In this document: positions 46,591-57,604 of the stretch, piece by piece
How positions within the stretch are numbered: the first letter of the stretch is position 1
Layout: the number at the start of each line of letters is the position of its first letter
Assembly (NCBI GenBank): GCA_003222035.1
Contig: QHUS01000045.1
Span: 89,360 to 153,359, forward strand
Direction: 5' to 3'
Origin: Gemmatimonadota bacterium
Lineage (GTDB): Bacteria; Gemmatimonadota; Gemmatimonadetes; Gemmatimonadales; GWC2-71-9
Length of the DNA: 64,000 nt
Made by a program: the position numbers and the translations under genes
The notes under the pieces: model-generated
Seen by the model: the letters and a program-made list of their open reading frames with translations, nothing else
Database searches by the model: none
Told to the model about the DNA's origin: nothing

Positions 46591-47914
46591 CAGGCCCGTC
46601 CCTCCCCCAGCCGCTCGCGCACGAGGCGATCCATCTGCGCGCGCACCTCAGGGTGCCGCATGCGACCGAGGATCTCCGCCCCGAACCCGTAGGTGAGGAT
46701 GCCGCGGGCGGTCTCGGGCGAGAGCCCGCGACTCCGCAGATAGTAGAGCTGCATCGGGTCGATGGGACCCACGGTCGAGCCGTGCGTGCATTTGACATCG
46801 TCCGCGTAGATCTCGAGCTGCGGCTGGCTGTCGGCACGCGCTTCGGTCGAGAGCAGCAGGTTGTTGTTGGTCTGCTTCGAGTCGGTGCGTTGCGCCCCAG
46901 GCCGTACGATGATGCGTCCGTTGAAAACGCCGTGCGCCCGCTCGCCAACCACGCCGTTGAAGAACTCGTGGCTGGCGCACCGTGGCTGGGCATGGTCGAT
47001 CACCGTGTGATGATCGGCGTGCTGAGCCCCGTTCAGCAGGTACAATCCATTGAGGATCAGCTCCGCGCCCGCACCATCCAGGACGGCGTTGATGTCGTGG
47101 CGGGCGAGCCCCGCCCCCAGCGTCAGGACGTGCACGCCGAGAAAGCTGTCGCGTTCCTGTCGCGATTGTGTCGTCGCTATCTGGAAGCTCTCGGGGCCCT
47201 GCCGCTGCACCCGATACAACTCCACGTGCGCGCCCTGCCCGACGACTACCTCGCTCACGGCATTGGTCCAGTATGGGCCCCCCTCAGCCACGCCGGCGAA
47301 CGTCTCGACGATGGCGGCCCGCGCGCCACGCTCGACCACGACGAGTGTGCGTGGGTGCGAGACGGTGCGCTCGCGACCGGTCGCGAGGTACAGGATCTCG
47401 AGTGGCTGCTCGAGGGTCGCATCGGCGGGGACATGCACGAACGCACCGTCCACGAGAAACGCCGTGTTGAGAGCCGCGAAGGGGCTCTCCTGCCAGCGCG
47501 CGTACCGGGTGAGGTGGCCCCGGGCCAGGGCGCTGTCCCCGTCTGTCCGGAGCGCTGCGGCGAGACTGCTCACCCGCACGCCTTTCGGCGTGCTCGAGGC
47601 CGTGGACAGCTCCGCGGCGTAGTGCCCGTCCACGATTACGACGCGCGGCCCGCCACCGATCAAGAACGGCTCGATGGCGCGGGGGCCGAGCTGCGGGATG
47701 GGGGATGCCGGATGCGTGAACCGTGTTTCCGCGATCGCCGCGACGCTCGTGAAGCGCCACTCTTCCTGTTTCGTCGTCGGGAAGCCGAGCTCGGCGAACC
47801 GGGCGATCGCGCTTTCGCGAATCTCTTTGAGCCACGCCGGCGCGACGGCGGCCCCGTTGTGCGCGAACGCCCGGAAGTCCGCCAGGTAGCGCTCTGTGCC
47901 GCTGGCGACATCGC

Positions 47915-47918
<4 letters not shown>
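46590..47918 (-). CDS. sufD: Fe-S cluster assembly protein SufD
   Basis: 442-aa ORF located between sufC and sufS. C-terminal beta-helix region with QLEIYADDVKCTHGSTVG, LYYLRSRGL. Confidence 0.85.
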
Positions 47919-48685
<767 letters not shown>

Positions 48686-48695
48686 CCGTTCTCCG

Positions 48696-50132
48696 TCAGC
48701 CGACACTGCCTTCGAGACTGATGCCGAGCAGCCGTTGGGCCTCGACCGCGAACTCCATTGGCAGCTCCTTGAAGACTTCCTTGCAGAACCCGTTGACAAT
48801 CATGGACACGGCATCCTCGGGCGACAGGCCGCGCTGCTTGGCGTAGAAGATCTGGTCTTCGCCGATCTTGGAGGTCGACGCCTCGTGCTCCATGATGGCC
48901 GTGCTGTTGCGCACGTCGATGTAGGGGAAGGTGTGGGCTCCACACTGGTCGCCGATCAACATCGAATCGCACTGCGAATAGTTGCGGGCCTGCTCGGCGC
49001 CCTTGAGGATCTTCACGAGCCCCCGGTAGGTGTTCTGGCCTCGACCCGCCGAGATGCCCTTCGACACGATCGTGGAGCGGGTGTTCTTCCCCATGTGGAT
49101 CATCTTGGTGCCCGTGTCGGCCTGCTGGCGGTGGTTCGTCACGGCCACCGAGTAGAACTCACCGATCGAGTCGTCGCCCTGCAGGATGCAGCCGGGGTAT
49201 TTCCACGTGATGGCCGATCCGGTCTCCACCTGGGTCCAGGAGATCTTGGAGCTGCGGCCGCGACAGGCGCCACGCTTGGTGACGAAGTTGTAGATCCCAC
49301 CCCGTCCCTCTTCGTCGCCCGGATACCAGTTCTGGATCGTCGAGTACTTGATGCTCGCGTGGTCGAGCGCGACGAGCTCTACCACAGCGGCGTGCAGCTG
49401 GTTCTGGTCGCGGACGGGAGCCGAGCAGCCCTCGAGGTAGCTGACGTAGCTCCCCGCGTCCGCGATGATCAGCGTGCGCTCGAACTGCCCGGTCGATTCC
49501 GCGTTGATTCGGAAGTAGGTGGACAGCTCGAGCGGGCAGCGCACGCCCTTCGGCACATACACGAACGACCCGTCCGTGAACACCGCGGAATTAAGCGCCG
49601 CGAAGAAATTGTCGTTGTAGGGGACTACGGACCCCAGGTACTGCTGGACCAGCTCGGGGTACTCCCGGATTGCCTCCGAGATGGCGCAGAAGATCACCCC
49701 GTGCTTCTTGAGCTCCTCACGGAACGTCGTCGCCACGGAGACCGAATCGAACACGGCGTCCACGGCCACCCCCGCGAGCCGCTTCCGCTCCTCGATCGGG
49801 ATCCCGAGCTTCTCGAACGTCTCGAGCAGCTTGGGATCGACCTGCTCCAGGCTGTCCAGCTTGGGGCGCTGCTTGGGAGCCGCGTAGTAGCTGATGGCCT
49901 GGTAGTCAATCGGGCCGTACTGCACGTTCGCCCAGTGCGGCTCCGGCATCTTCAGCCAGTTGCGATAGGCCTTGAGCCGCCAATCGAGCATCCAGGAAGG
50001 CTCGCCTTTCTTCTGGGAGATCAGCCGGATGACGTCCTCGCTCAGACCGGGCGGGACAGTCTCCGACTCGATATCCGTGACGAAGCCGTACTTGTACGGC
50101 TGGAGGACCTGGGCTTCGATACCGCTGCTCAT
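48696..50132 (-). CDS. sufB: Fe-S cluster assembly scaffold SufB
   Basis: Track ORF trimmed to the ATG at 50132 ([17 protein letters not shown]), with GGGAG upstream. Highly conserved SufB stretches [35 protein letters not shown]. Confidence 0.95.
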   Translation of the reverse strand: MSSGIEAQVLQPYKYGFVTDIESETVPPGLSEDVIRLISQKKGEPSWMLDWRLKAYRNWLKMPEPHWANVQYGPIDYQAISYYAAPKQRPKLDSLEQVDPKLLETFEKLGIPIEERKRLAGVAVDAVFDSVSVATTFREELKKHGVIFCAISEAIREYPELVQQYLGSVVPYNDNFFAALNSAVFTDGSFVYVPKGVRCPLELSTYFRINAESTGQFERTLIIADAGSYVSYLEGCSAPVRDQNQLHAAVVELVALDHASIKYSTIQNWYPGDEEGRGGIYNFVTKRGACRGRSSKISWTQVETGSAITWKYPGCILQGDDSIGEFYSVAVTNHRQQADTGTKMIHMGKNTRSTIVSKGISAGRGQNTYRGLVKILKGAEQARNYSQCDSMLIGDQCGAHTFPYIDVRNSTAIMEHEASTSKIGEDQIFYAKQRGLSPEDAVSMIVNGFCKEVFKELPMEFAVEAQRLLGISLEGSVG

Positions 50133-50193
50133 TGAGACTCCCGAAGTCCTTTGTGCATCGCAAGTTGCGAAGACGTGACCAGGGCGAAGGCGA

Positions 50194-50222
50194 ATCCTAC
50201 AGGAATTACTCGGGATTGTCAA
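50194..50222 (-). promoter_or_regulatory. candidate sigma-70-type promoter of the suf operon
   Basis: On the minus strand: TTGACA (50222-50217), a 17-nt spacer, then TAGGAT (50199-50194), about 60 nt upstream of the sufB ATG. Identified by sequence pattern only. Confidence 0.4.
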
Positions 50223-50230
50223 CCAAAAGG

Positions 50231-50317
50231 CAAGGTGCTAGGTGTCGGGTGCCAGGTGCCAGCTACGCCGCGTCCGCGTCCGACACCTGACACCTGGCAC
50301 CCAACACCTGCCTCAGT
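50231..50317. repeat. inverted heptanucleotide arrays (4 x NNNGGTG, 22-nt spacer, 4 x NNNCACC) forming a long hairpin; candidate terminator/insulator
   Basis: Left arm CAAGGTG CTAGGTG TCGGGTG CCAGGTG (50231-50258). Right arm CGACACC TGACACC TGGCACC CAACACC (50281-50308). A 12-bp perfect stem pairs 50247-50258 with 50291-50302, extendable to 50240-50309 with one mismatch. The element starts directly after the stop of the 50313-50924 gene and sits just upstream of the suf -35. Confidence 0.9.
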
Positions 50318-50924
50318 AGATGTCCCGATTCACCTCCCTCACTAAGCGCTCGTAGTCTGCGGGTGTGTTCAGATCGTCGATGACCGCCGGGTCGTCGACA
50401 GTCACCGTGACCAGGTCCTGCTCGTGGGCCAGGAGCACGGCCCGGGCGCCGTGCCGGGTCGCGGCCGGGCTAGTGGCGAGCTCGGCGAACAGGGCCTGAT
50501 CCCAGATCACGGGATGCCCGCGCCGCTCGGCGAAGCGCGGAACGACGGCAGGCGCTCCGCTCCGCCGGTAGGTCTCGAGCAGCAGCTCCACCGTGGCGAC
50601 GCGGACGTGTGGGAGATCGACGGGCCAGGCCACGAGCCCCGTGGGGCGGACCGGCTCCAGGGCTGCCAGCACGGCGCGGAGCGACGCGATCGCGCCACCG
50701 GCAACATCGGGGTTCTCCACGATGACGCAGTCGTGTGTGGCCAAGGCGGGTCGAATGCGAGGGGCGTCCGGACCGAGCACCACGACGCGGGACTTCAGGT
50801 CCAGCGCTTCCAGGGCCTCCAGGATGCGGACGGCGAACGGCCGTCCCCGGAAGTCCAGCAGCGCCTTGGGTCTACCCATCCGCTCCGAGGCCCCGGCCGC
50901 CAGAACCACCCCGGCGAGAGCCAT
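50313..50924 (-). CDS. MobA-like NTP transferase (MocA/molybdenum cofactor cytidylyltransferase-like)
   Basis: Track ORF 50313-51479 trimmed to the ATG at 50924. N-terminus MALAGVVLAAGASERMGRPKALL is the family signature. The upstream part of the track ORF is antisense to def. Confidence 0.75.
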   Translation of the reverse strand: MALAGVVLAAGASERMGRPKALLDFRGRPFAVRILEALEALDLKSRVVVLGPDAPRIRPALATHDCVIVENPDVAGGAIASLRAVLAALEPVRPTGLVAWPVDLPHVRVATVELLLETYRRSGAPAVVPRFAERRGHPVIWDQALFAELATSPAATRHGARAVLLAHEQDLVTVTVDDPAVIDDLNTPADYERLVREVNRDIY

Positions 50925-50978
50925 GTCGTACGTTAGCGCGAGTTGCACGCCGCCGCCAAACCCCCAAATTGGCGGCCC

Positions 50979-51524
50979 ATGGCCGTCCGACACATTCGCC
51001 AGCTGGGCGATCCGATTCTGCGGGTCCGCTGCGAGCGGGTCCAGAACCCGAAGTCCGCCGCGACCCGGCTGGTGGCGGACGACCTCCGGGACTCCCTCGC
51101 CGTGGCCAAGAAGAAGTACAAGATGGGACGGGCGCTGGCGGCACCGCAGATCGGGGCCCCGGTGCGAATCGTGTTCGTTCAGACGGACAAGCAGCGCTGG
51201 ACGATGATCAATCCCGAGATCACGGACGTCGGCCCGAACGACTTCACGGTGTGGGACGACTGCTTCTCGTTCCCCAACCTGCTGGTGCGCGTCACCCGCG
51301 CCCACCAGGTCACGGTGAGCTATACCGACACGAAGGGCAAGCAGCACACCATGCAGGCCGAGGGTTCGATGGCCGAGCTCTTGCAGCATGAGATCGACCA
51401 CCTGGACGGCATTCTCGCGCTCGATCGCCCGAGCGGCGTGGATCCGTTCGCGTTTCGAACCGAGTGGGACAAGCTCCACGAGGCGTCCGAGCGGTACTCG
51501 CCACCCAAGCCACGGGAGGTGTGA
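50979..51524 (+). CDS. def: peptide deformylase
   Basis: ATG at 50979 (MAVRHIRQLGDPILR). Motifs GRALAAPQIG, DDCFSFPN (EGCLS-like), QHEIDHLDG. Confidence 0.9.
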   Translation: MAVRHIRQLGDPILRVRCERVQNPKSAATRLVADDLRDSLAVAKKKYKMGRALAAPQIGAPVRIVFVQTDKQRWTMINPEITDVGPNDFTVWDDCFSFPNLLVRVTRAHQVTVSYTDTKGKQHTMQAEGSMAELLQHEIDHLDGILALDRPSGVDPFAFRTEWDKLHEASERYSPPKPREV

Positions 51525-51549
51525 CAGAGACGCGTCCCGTGTAGATTTT

Positions 51550-52966
<1,417 letters not shown>

Positions 52967-52990
52967 CCGCTACGCGGCGTTCGGCCAGTC

Positions 52991-55471
52991 ATGACGTATC
53001 CCATCGTCGTGAAGTTCGGCGGCACCTCCGTCCAAGATGCCGCGGCATTCGAGCGCGCGGGGGGAATCGTGCGCTCGCACGGTGGCGCCCGCCCGGTGGT
53101 TGTCGTTTCGGCGCTGAGCGGGATGACCGATGCGTTGCTCGCAGCTGCGGCGACCGCACACGACGGCACAGCCGCCCTGGACAGTCTCGAGCCGCACTTC
53201 GAGCGTCACCGCCAGGTTGCGCGACAGTTGTTGTCTACCGCCGCCGCGACCACCTGGTGCACCGAACTCGATCGCTCAATCCACTCGCTCACGGACCTGG
53301 CGGGGCGTATCACGCGGGGCGCCGATACCGGCCCTGCACTGCACGACGAGTTCGCCGCCCATGGTGAGCATCTCGCTGCCACGCTCTGCTCGGCGGTGCT
53401 CGAGGCACGCGGCTTCCGGGCCCGTTACGTCGATGCTCGGCGATGCATCGTCACGACGGACGAGCATCCAGCCGCCGTTCCGTTGCTCGCGGAGACCCGA
53501 ACGCGGACCCAGGGAGAGCTTGGTCCGCTGCTCGACGTCGGCGAGATCCCGGTGCTCGGAGGGTACGTGGCCGCCGCCGCGAATGGCGTGACCACCACAC
53601 TCGGGCGAGGCGGGTCGGATTATTCGGCGGCGCTGATCGGCGCTTCCTTGAGCGCATCCGAGATCCAGATTTGGACCGACGTGAGCGGAGTGCTCACGGC
53701 CGACCCTCGAATCGTGCGCGCCGCGCGGACGATCCCGCGGCTGTCGTACGCCGAAGCGGCCGAGCTGGCCTATTTCGGCGCCAAGGTACTCCACCCTCGC
53801 ACCATTCAGCCTGCGATGGACGCGGGGATCCCGGTGAGGATCTGCAACTCGCACGCTCCAGACGATCCGGGAACACTGGTGACCGCCGAAGCCGACATCT
53901 GGCCGGAGACGGTCAAGGCGATCGCGCACAAGCGGGGGATCACCATCGTACAGGTAGCGTCTGCTCGGATGCTGGGCGCGTACGGGTTCCTGCGTGCCCT
54001 GTTCGACGTGTTTGAGCGCCACCACACCGCGGTCGATGTCGTAGCCACATCTGAGGTGAGCGTCTCACTCTCGGTTGAAGAAACCGCGGCGTTACCCCAA
54101 ATCGTCGCCGAGCTGCGCCGGCTGGGCGAGGTTCGGGTGGAGCCACGTCGGGCAGTCGTGTGCATCGTGGGCGAGGGGCTGCGCGCCACGCCCGGGATCG
54201 CAGCCCGTGTGTTCGACGCCATTCGCGACATCAATGTCTTGCTCGTCTCGCAAGGGGCCTCGCAAGTGAACCTGACGTTCGTCGTGAACGATGCGGAGGT
54301 CGGCGAGGTCGTTACCCGGCTTCATGCCGCGTTGCTCGAGCGCGACCGTGCCCCGACGAGCGTTGCGATCCCGGCCGCCAGGCCCAGGGCGGGCGCGCCG
54401 CTTGATGTATGCCAGCTGGCGCGCCAATTGATCGACATTCCGTCGATCTCGGGGGAGGAGGCAGCGATCGCGCGCTTCCTCGCCGAATACCTGACCGACC
54501 TCGGCTACCGCGTGGCGTTGGCGGACGCCGCTCCGGGGCGGCCGAACCTGTTCGCTACCACGGGTGCTGCGCCGCGGGTAGTGCTGTGCACTCACCTCGA
54601 CACCGTGCCGCCGTTCATCGGCTCTCACGACGACGGCGAATTCATCGCCGGCCGAGGTGCGTGCGACTCCAAAGGGATCCTCGCCGCTCAGATCGTCGCC
54701 GCCGAACGGTTGCGAGCGGACGGGTTCGCCGAACTGGGTCTGCTGTACGTCGTCGATGAAGAGATGGGGAGTCTTGGTGCCCGCGCTGCGAACGCGCACC
54801 CCAGGGCCCGCGAGTGCCGCTACGTCATCGTGGGCGAGCCCACCGAAAACAAGCTGGCCGTCGGCTGCAAGGGATCGTTACGCGCGACCCTTCGCTGCAG
54901 CGGCACCGGCGGCCACTCCGCCTATCCCGAGCGGGGCACGTCGGCGATCGACGGGCTGCTCCACATCTTGACGGATCTTCGCGCGGCTACGTGGCCAGTC
55001 GACGACTTCTTCGGCGCTACCACGTTCAACATCGGCATTATCGGCGGCGGCACCCGCACGAACGTCCTCGCCAGCGAAGCGAAGGCGGATCTGCATTTCC
55101 GTCTCGTCACGGATGTCGACGTTGTTCGTCATCAACTCGAGGACATCGTCGCAGACCGCGCCGAAATCGAGTACCTGAGCGTCACGCCGCCGATGCGGCT
55201 GACGGGCATGCCGGGCTTCCAGCAATGTGTAGTGGGATTCACAACCGATGTGGCACACCTCGGTCATTGGGGTGCGCCGCTGCTCCTGGGCCCCGGCTCC
55301 ATGCTGGAAGCGCACACCGCGCACGAGCGCATCGCAAAGGCCGAGCTCGCCGGCGGGGTAGATCTATATGTCGAGCTGGTCCGGTCCCTGATCGCGGGTC
55401 ACGTTTCGACCGCGGCGAACGCCCGCACCGGAAAGCTCCCCATGCCCTTCACCCGCGGGGGCACCGCGTAG
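52991..55471 (+). CDS. fusion protein: aspartate kinase (with ACT region) + M20-family deacylase (DapE/ArgE-like)
   Basis: Single uninterrupted 826-codon ORF. N-terminal part: VVKFGGTSV, TLGRGGSDYSA, YFGAKVLHP, ACT-like VCIVGEGL...VNLTFVV. From about nt 54398: IPSISGEE, CTHLDTVPP, GRGACDSKG, VDEEMGSLG, GPGSMLEAHTAHE. The last ~24 codons overlap the convergent cyclase gene. Confidence 0.85.
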   Translation: MTYPIVVKFGGTSVQDAAAFERAGGIVRSHGGARPVVVVSALSGMTDALLAAAATAHDGTAALDSLEPHFERHRQVARQLLSTAAATTWCTELDRSIHSLTDLAGRITRGADTGPALHDEFAAHGEHLAATLCSAVLEARGFRARYVDARRCIVTTDEHPAAVPLLAETRTRTQGELGPLLDVGEIPVLGGYVAAAANGVTTTLGRGGSDYSAALIGASLSASEIQIWTDVSGVLTADPRIVRAARTIPRLSYAEAAELAYFGAKVLHPRTIQPAMDAGIPVRICNSHAPDDPGTLVTAEADIWPETVKAIAHKRGITIVQVASARMLGAYGFLRALFDVFERHHTAVDVVATSEVSVSLSVEETAALPQIVAELRRLGEVRVEPRRAVVCIVGEGLRATPGIAARVFDAIRDINVLLVSQGASQVNLTFVVNDAEVGEVVTRLHAALLERDRAPTSVAIPAARPRAGAPLDVCQLARQLIDIPSISGEEAAIARFLAEYLTDLGYRVALADAAPGRPNLFATTGAAPRVVLCTHLDTVPPFIGSHDDGEFIAGRGACDSKGILAAQIVAAERLRADGFAELGLLYVVDEEMGSLGARAANAHPRARECRYVIVGEPTENKLAVGCKGSLRATLRCSGTGGHSAYPERGTSAIDGLLHILTDLRAATWPVDDFFGATTFNIGIIGGGTRTNVLASEAKADLHFRLVTDVDVVRHQLEDIVADRAEIEYLSVTPPMRLTGMPGFQQCVVGFTTDVAHLGHWGAPLLLGPGSMLEAHTAHERIAKAELAGGVDLYVELVRSLIAGHVSTAANARTGKLPMPFTRGGTA

Positions 55472-56061
55472 AACCTGAACCCCTCGTCGGGCAACTCGCC
55501 GAGCCTGCAGAGATGCTCGACGATGGGGATTCCCGCCGCGAGCAGGATGGAATGCGCGGGACGCGTGCCGTCGCCTGAATCGTCGATGTTGAGGGAGTCA
55601 ATCCCGACGAGCGCCGCGCCGGCGGCGACCAGTTGGTCCGCGGCGGCACTGGTGAGGAAGGGATGCCCGGAGCCGTACCGCTCCGTCCGCCAGTGCACGT
55701 CCCAGCCAGTGTGCACGAGGACGGCCTTGCCGCGCACGGCCCGGTCACGGAACAGGTGCGCATCGAGGGCCCGCTCGCCGCTCTGGTGCGCGCGGACCAC
55801 CACGCCCTCGAGGTCGGCCACGGCGTCGAGCGCGCAGCCCGCAATGTCATCGCCGCCTTCGTAGCGATGGAACGGCGCGTCGATGTAGGTGCCGGTGTTC
55901 GCGAGCAGCTCGATCTTGCCGATCTGGAATGTCGTGCCCGGGGCATAACGGGTGCGCGACGCGTCGCGCGACAGCCAGTCGCTGATCAGGGGAGCGGGAA
56001 GCCCCGGGTATGTGACCATCCCGTGCTCGATCTCGTGGCTCAGATCGATCAGCCGGCCCAT
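55399..56061 (-). CDS. cyclase-family protein (kynurenine formamidase-like)
   Basis: Track ORF trimmed to the ATG at 56061 (MGRLIDLSHEIEHGM). Motif NTGTYIDAPFH, and a C-terminal LVGIDSLNID pattern. Confidence 0.75.
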   Translation of the reverse strand: MGRLIDLSHEIEHGMVTYPGLPAPLISDWLSRDASRTRYAPGTTFQIGKIELLANTGTYIDAPFHRYEGGDDIAGCALDAVADLEGVVVRAHQSGERALDAHLFRDRAVRGKAVLVHTGWDVHWRTERYGSGHPFLTSAAADQLVAAGAALVGIDSLNIDDSGDGTRPAHSILLAAGIPIVEHLCRLGELPDEGFRFYAVPPRVKGMGSFPVRAFAAVET

Positions 56062-56229
56062 CAGTCCCACCAGCAGTAGAGGCGCTGCGATTCGCGCAGC
56101 TCGTGGGGAAGCGCCTTCACGGTCCCCGTTCCTTGTTCCACGACGTCGGGGCAAAACACGTAGAAGCGCCGGGCGAGGGCGTCCACATCACGAATCTCGG
56201 AGTGGACCGAGACAGACCTCCCCGATTGC

Positions 56230-56637
56230 TCATTGCGCCGGTGCCGCCGATGGAAGCACCCGCCCCAACGCCTTGAGCAGCTGGCCGTCCGCCGTCCCGC
56301 CATCAGGCGCCTCGGCCAATACCACCGCGAAGCGACGCCGTAGCAACGGGTCGCGCATGGCGTGCGCCGCGAACTGCAGGGTGAGCGGGATGAACCATGG
56401 CGCCTGCCGCGCCCCCGGCCCCGCACGGGCCACGGCCGCATACTGCTCGAACAGCGCGAGCATAAAGGCACCCTTGGAGGGAAACTGGCGATAGATCGCG
56501 CCCTTCGTGAACCCCGCAGTCTGCGCGACGTCGTCCAGAGTGGCGAACTCGACCCCTCGCTCGGCGAACACCCCCAGGCCGGCTTGGAGTAGCAAGGCTC
56601 GCGTTTCTGCCTTCCTGCGCTGCCGCACGATACCCAT
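56230..56637 (-). CDS. TetR-family transcriptional regulator
   Basis: Track ORF trimmed to the ATG at 56637. HTH region ATLDDVAQTAGFTKGAIYRQFPSKGAF. Confidence 0.85.
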   Translation of the reverse strand: MGIVRQRRKAETRALLLQAGLGVFAERGVEFATLDDVAQTAGFTKGAIYRQFPSKGAFMLALFEQYAAVARAGPGARQAPWFIPLTLQFAAHAMRDPLLRRRFAVVLAEAPDGGTADGQLLKALGRVLPSAAPAQ

Positions 56638-56820
56638 GAGAATCAATGATACTGTCGAGAATCTTATTCGGCAAATCAATAGGCTGAAGGAGCCGTTCGG
56701 ATACCTATGGGTATCTCAACTGGCTTCCCTGAGCACGACAGCGCCGTTTCGGTTTGCGCCACCAATCCGCGCTCTCAAGATTGGGCCGCGCTCTGCCACC
56801 AGCGTTCAGGGAGGCCCCTC

Positions 56821-57594
56821 GTGTCCGACCCCACGTCCGCCAGTCCCGGCAGCGGGACTCTACAGTTCGACCACGCCGACCGCGGGCCGACTCCAGCCGA
56901 GTTGACGTGCGCCGCTTGCAAGCAGCCGATCAGGGCTGCGTACTACGACATCAACGGCAACCTGACCTGCCAGCGCTGTCGCGGCCAGATCGTGGGGGCC
57001 TGGAACCGCGGCTCGCCCGCTGCCCGGTTCGCGAAGGCGCTTCTGCTCGGTGGTGTTGCGGCGGCGCTCGGCGCCGGGCTCTACTTCGGGATCGAGGCGC
57101 TCACGGGATATGAATTTGGTCTCGTCGCTGTCGTCGTGGGCTTTGTCGTGGGCGCGGCGGTCCGAAAGGGATCGAACGGACGCGGCGGCTGGCGCTACCA
57201 GGCGCTGGCGATGTTCCTCACGTACAGCGCGGTGGTCGCGACCGACTCCTCGTTGATCGCGCGCGAGCTCGTGAAGCAACTCCCCGCGCGCACGGACTCG
57301 CTAGGGGTGGTCCATGACTCCACTCGTCTGTTGGCGAGTGCGGCCGGCGTGGCGGTCAGCGCCGACAGTGCGGGGGCGAAACGTCGGGAGCGTCCTGGGT
57401 TGGGCGCGTTGCTGCTCGGCCTCGCCGTCCTGCTCGGCCTCGCGTACGCCGCGCCGATCGCGATCGGGATTTCGAGTCCCATCCACCTCCTCATCGCGGG
57501 CTTCGCGATCTACGAGGCTTGGAAGTTGAACCGCGGAATGGCCCTCCGCGTCACGGGGCCGTACCAGGTCGCACCGCGCGCAGCGCCGGCCTAG
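56821..57594 (+). CDS. zinc-ribbon membrane protein, function unknown
   Basis: Track ORF starts at 56707. The GTG at 56821 has GGGAGG 6 nt upstream and is preferred. CAACKQPI...CQRC zinc ribbon followed by about 5 hydrophobic helices. Confidence 0.55.
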   Translation: MSDPTSASPGSGTLQFDHADRGPTPAELTCAACKQPIRAAYYDINGNLTCQRCRGQIVGAWNRGSPAARFAKALLLGGVAAALGAGLYFGIEALTGYEFGLVAVVVGFVVGAAVRKGSNGRGGWRYQALAMFLTYSAVVATDSSLIARELVKQLPARTDSLGVVHDSTRLLASAAGVAVSADSAGAKRRERPGLGALLLGLAVLLGLAYAAPIAIGISSPIHLLIAGFAIYEAWKLNRGMALRVTGPYQVAPRAAPA

Positions 57595-57604
57595 CGTCCA
57601 CCCC

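Noticed and set aside
50925-50978. Divergent strand switch (MobA-like gene leftward, def rightward) considered as the replication origin
   Set aside because: The spacer is only 54 nt, GC-rich, and has no DnaA-box-like 9-mers or AT-rich unwinding element.
55399-55471. 73-nt convergent overlap between the aspartokinase-M20 fusion and the cyclase gene, considered as a sign of a mis-called gene
   Set aside because: Both frames carry conserved motifs right up to the overlap. The fusion protein tail (HVSTAANARTGKLPMPFTRGGTA) is probably a non-conserved extension running to the first available stop, so the overlap is not evidence against either gene.
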